A stretch of DNA of 64,000 bases from the human T2T-CHM13v2.0 reference genome, Homo sapiens: the NCBI RefSeq assembly GCF_009914755.1, contig NC_060934.1; one strand, written 5' to 3'. Shown in pieces: positions 43,002-64,000 of this stretch (position 1 is the first letter of the stretch; the number at the start of each line of letters is the position of its first letter). The position numbers were made by a program, and so were the translations under genes. The notes under the pieces are model-generated. The model was not told the origin of the DNA and made no database searches. It saw nothing but the letters and a program-made list of their open reading frames with translations.

Positions 43002-43740
43002 TGTTGGGGCTCAGAGCACCGCAAAATATGGTGCTCCGGTATGCTGAGCATTTTTGAATTAAAGGAAATTGGAAAACCTTAGAAGCTACCTCAGAATCAA
43101 TAAATTTTCTAACCTTCTCTTGTTTCTTTCTCCAACCCCTGCCCCTACAAGCCAAGCACATGCAGAGGTTCACTCTGGAAGTTTCTTTATCTGATTGAGG
43201 AAAACTTCTTCCAAAAAAAATACAATTGTCTTAATAGCCCCTTCCTAGGAATCTTATCAAATAACCAAGAAAAATTAACCACCAGAGGAGAGAAAGACTA
43301 AAATCATCACAATGTTCAGACAAACTTTTTTTCTGTTCTTTTGAGGGTAACTCCAAAAGATTATTAGGAGATTTTATCTACATAATAAGACAACCTTTGT
43401 TCACAGTGCAGTTCTTCCCCTCACCTTACCACCACCTCCCCCAGAGCTCAGAACTTTGTCCCAGGCCATTGTCTATTATTTGGGCTCATCCAATTCCCTT
43501 GAAAATTATTTACCACCCCTTAAAAGTACCTACACCCCCCATTTCCCTCTCCCCTATGAAGAGTATATTTAGGCCTCAACCATCTGATCCTTCCTTGAGT
43601 CTCATAGTTTTGCACGGCTCCCATGCTTATGCATGTTAGTAACTCTGCATGCCTTTTCTCCTTTTAATCTGTCTATTGTCAGTTCATTTCAGCAGACTGG
43701 AACCTTCAGAGGGGAAGGGAAAATTCTCCTCACCGCTACA
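43002..43740 (+). mobile_element. MER39-like (ERV1) solo LTR
   Basis: 'tgttggggctcagagcaccgcaaaatatggtgc...gccttttctccttttaatctgtctattgtcagt...ctaca'. Confidence 0.75.
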
Positions 43741-43957
43741 CCCACACCAGATGCCAGTAATGGTTCTTAGAGATTCCTCTCTCCTAGACCTCAGTAAAGT
43801 TATTTCTGTCTTTAAGGGCTTTCTTTGCTAATTCCTCTAAATAATCAGTTTTCAGTAGATCCCACTGGCACCTAAAAGAAGAAATACTGGGCAAAGAGAA
43901 GAAAGGAGTGCAATGGGGGTGGGGGGAAGGTAAGGGGGTCTAAGAAGGCTAAGAGAG

Positions 43958-47790
<3,833 letters not shown>

Positions 47791-47799
47791 GTAAGCCTA

Positions 47800-49965
<2,166 letters not shown>

Positions 49966-50654
49966 CAGCTGGTTTTCAAAAGCGATCCCTACAACTTGCA
50001 GGTGTATTTGCCAAGCTCTGCGTCTGGAACTGCTTTTCCCTTGATGTGGAGCTGAAGCTGTCCCTGCTCCTGTGTTCCTCTCCCTCCTAGTAGCAGGGCC
50101 CAGGGCTCCGTTGACATGGGTCTTTCCTGTCTAAGAAGCAATTCCTTCATTGCCGAAAAAACAGACACCAGATTTCCACAAGGAAGACCCCTGACATGAA
50201 TAGTTTCAACCTATACATAAAGTGTTTTGGATTCAGATTTGCAAAGCTGTTCTGCCATTTTGAGTTGAAAGAATTGGGCCCCCTGACTTTCTGCACAGGC
50301 ACCTTAAGCCTAGGAAGCTCGAAAATAATTATAAATAATAAATCTCTTTAAGCCATGCAGTCTCACCGTAAGAGGACAGAACAATACCAAACCTACAGAG
50401 AAGTCCCCAAGAGGTTAATTATCCTGCCCCAGCAAATAGAGACAACTTAGAGGGGAGTCCAGCAGGGACTCCAGGCCCTCCTCCAGCTCCGCTTCAATTT
50501 TCATTTAAATCATGTGATCTCTCCTGTTTCTCTTTTTTAAAGTGTTGACCTCATCCTTAGAAGGCAGATTCTAGTTGTAATTTAACTTTGACACTTTCAG
50601 GTCCAATACTTGTTTTTATTTACGTCAGCTTCTGTGAATGGGAGTTAGGTCAGA

Positions 50655-50868
50655 AAACAAGAAAGGAAAAAAGAGAGAAGGAGGGAAGAAAGCAGGCAGG
50701 CAGGCAGGCGAAGAAAGAAAGAAAAGAAAGGGAAGAGAGGGAAAGAAAGAGGGAAGGATGGAAGAAGGAGGGAGGGAGGGTAGGAAGAAGGAAAGGAAAG
50801 AGGGAGGGAGGGAAGGAAAGGAAGGAAAGAAAGAGAGAAGGAGGGGAGGAAGGAAGGCAGAAAGGAAG
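50655..50868 (+). repeat. GA-rich low-complexity tract
   Basis: Mosaic of GGAA/GAAA/GGCA units, almost all purine. Confidence 0.95.
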
Positions 50869-51687
50869 ATCATGTAATCTCTCTAAGCCTCTGTTTTCTC
50901 TTCTGTAACCTGGGAATGAGAATTCCTACAGCACCATTATTGTGAAGACAGAGGATTACGTAAGGCATTTAAAACCCAGCTTTACATAGTCAACACTGCA
51001 CTGCAATTATTGTGTTACTGTTATTATTGTAACCGTCACATTGCATCATCTTAACTCTGTTGGGAATTCATTTATGAAGTTATATTTTCTTGCTTTTTTG
51101 TAAGAAAGTTATTTGCAAACAACCAAAGTATAGCCTTAGCCAATATAAAATGAAAAACATTTCTTTCAGGAATACATACCTGGTCATCAGTGGATTTTAA
51201 TAGCAACACCACACTGTGAGGCAAAACATTCCTAATTAATATTCCTCCATGACTGTGGCTTTTGTCAAAATATATTTTTCTGCTTTCTTTTGTGTGTTTA
51301 TGTGTTAAGGGTATCAAGTTATCTAATATCTAATTTTTTCAAGCATCTACTCTGTCTAAAATGTCATACTAAATGTTGAGAAAGACATAGACAAATGTTA
51401 GAAATAGCTATCTTAATTCGATCAATGTATGAATCCACTGTCAAAATAATAGTGCCCATACTAGTCTGTCATTTGCAAGTGACAGAATCCCAATTGAGAC
51501 CGGCTCAAGAATAATTTATTAGCTTGTGTGCCCCACAGAGTAATGGAGAAGTTCACTGAAGGAGAAAGGATGTACCTAGGAAGAGGAGAGAGGTTTTTAC
51601 AAGCAGTTACAGTCCACTACACCCTCCAAATGATAACATCATCATCTTCATTAATATAAACCACATCTGAAGTGAAACAAAAATAGA

Positions 51688-57655
<5,968 letters not shown>

Positions 57656-57908
57656 AAATACTTTTATAGTTTAATGTATTTAACACCCAAATGCAGAAAT
57701 CATACCAATTGCATGCTGAGGAATAAAAATACCCCCACATTCTAACCAACACCATGAAGTTTACGCTTTTTGTGTCTTTCATTAAACAAAAAATTATTAA
57801 GTGAACTACTTTGGGAAACTTATTTAACATTTTGGGTCTCAGTTTCCACATTAGTAAAAGGTGCATAATAATAATAGTACCTATTTTTAAGAACCGTTCT
57901 GAGGATAA

Positions 57909-59438
<1,530 letters not shown>

Positions 59439-59737
59439 CCTGACATTTTTTTTTGTAATGCAATTGTGAATGCATTCAGGAGATTCCCAAAAAGCTTACC
59501 ATGAATTATTAAAAGCATGAAAAATCATAATTTTTAATGCTTTATTTCATAATAATAAAAATATATTTTTATTATTATTGTATATATATTTATAATTATT
59601 AAAAGCATAAAGAAAGTCATAATAACTGGAAGAAAGAAAAGACTAAGGGATGACCAAATGCCTCCCTTCAGAATTACAAGTAGATTCCATTTTCGGGAAT
59701 GCTCTGTCTGCAGAAGACAGAAGAAGACAACTTCCTT

Positions 59738-60601
<864 letters not shown>

Positions 60602-61011
60602 TTAGTTGGGAAAGCAGCTCAGAGGAGCCTGTGTAACTTTTGGCAAGTAATTAATTTAATCTCAGGGGATTTTTCTGCTAAATGGGAATAATAATACCCA
60701 CCCCACCAGTTTTTATAAAGTTTAAACAAGATCATTATTTGTTCCTGGCTTTTAGTAATGGAAATGAAAGCCGATTCCCTCATCCACCTCCTATGTTACT
60801 CCCCTCAAGTTTGGCCCATCCGCTTGAAGAAACTGTCATCACAGAAAGACAAATACCTCCTCTTCTCTCTTAGAAGTGGGAGCTGAATAATGTGTACACA
60901 TGGATATAGAGAGTGGTGACAACAGAGTCTCAGAAGGGTGAGACAGTGGGAGACAGGTGGGTGGTGAGAAATTACTTAATGGATACAATGTATGACACCC
61001 TGAAAGCCTGA

Positions 61012-61248
<237 letters not shown>

Positions 61249-62094
61249 TAATAAAGTTCCTTTAAGTTTAACAATAAAAAAAAGATATTGTGATCAAGAA
61301 ATTTTATCAAACATTGTATTTCTGTATTATATATATAAAAGAATCATTCAGTGCAAAGAATATTATATTCTAAATGAAATTAATCTGCAAATGATACATC
61401 TAGAGAGAATATGAAACTTATTCCAGAACAATCATTTTAAGCCAAAACAAAAGGTTTAAAGTTAGGTAAGGAAGGCACTTTGGTGAATATGTAGTGATCC
61501 ATTCACCCACAGGTTCAATAAAACGGTTAAATGGTCAGCAGTTTGGCTAATTCACACTGGTGATTGCCTGGGAGAAGGAAGGCCGAAGAGTTCAATTTAG
61601 ATTTAAAAAAAAAAAAAAAAAAAACTTCCTTTGAGACAACTTGAACATAAAGACTGCACCACACATTTTTGAGTAATAGAAATAGCAAAGATGTATGTAT
61701 CTCTTGTCCTTTTCTTTTAAGGAAAGCTGAGCAAATGGTACAATCTTGAGGAACAGAGTAAGTGTCAGCGAACCACGTGTTTCCAAAATGAGCTGGGAAC
61801 AAGAGTCAGTGTCTGCAGTAGAGCTCTTCAAAGCCTGGGAGAAACTATGGAGCCGATGTATCAAAATCACACCCAAGACAGAGTTGATTTGTTTCTTTGA
61901 TGTCCCTGACGTTGTTCATGCAGAATTCACTCCTTGAGGTCAAAAAGTACATCAAACTTCTGTAGAAATTCTAAATTATTTGATACATTCTCAGCATTGC
62001 CAAAAGAGAAAATTCTAGTTTAAGGCTCCAACTCAAAGTGTGCCTCTGTGAAGTACTCTTGAAAAAGAAAAAAAACAGCAACAACTGGTGCTTC

Positions 62095-63203
<1,109 letters not shown>

Positions 63204-63276
63204 TCAAAATCAAATACACCCTTGGAAGGTGAAGATTCTCCACCATTAAAGATGGATGAGGCTGGGAGCAGTGGCC

Positions 63277-64000
<724 letters not shown>

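Noticed and set aside
50588-50908. Lys/Arg/Glu-rich ORFs
   Set aside because: Translation of a GA-rich low-complexity tract.

Overview
Primate, most likely human, non-coding DNA, apparently intergenic or deep intronic. About 75 Alu/FLAM/FRAM elements or fragments (rough manual count) are interspersed with old L1M, MIR and L2 fragments, hAT/Tigger DNA transposons and several solo LTRs (MLT2A, MLT1, MER41A, MER4A-like, MER39-like, MER31-like). I find no intact protein-coding gene, RNA gene or CRISPR array. Nearly all supplied ORFs are Alu, other repeat or low-complexity artefacts. The only gene-derived sequence I recognise is a disrupted processed copy of the 5' part of LUZP4 (about 451-1125), inserted into an L1M with a ~17-bp target-site duplication (TSD). 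It joins directly to a tail-less antisense Alu, which suggests retroposition of an Alu-exonized isoform, and it keeps a 47-codon ORF with an intact UAP56-binding motif. Other notable structures are an AluJ flanked by a ~130-bp direct repeat (possible giant TSD), a template-switch inverted duplication in L1, an AP-1/TEAD/FOX motif cluster and a ~3-kb repeat-free block with TCF/LEF and CRE half-sites. Repeat family calls come from recalled consensus sequences without alignment, and most boundaries are approximate. I cannot assign a chromosomal locus, and I see no convincing novel multi-component system.
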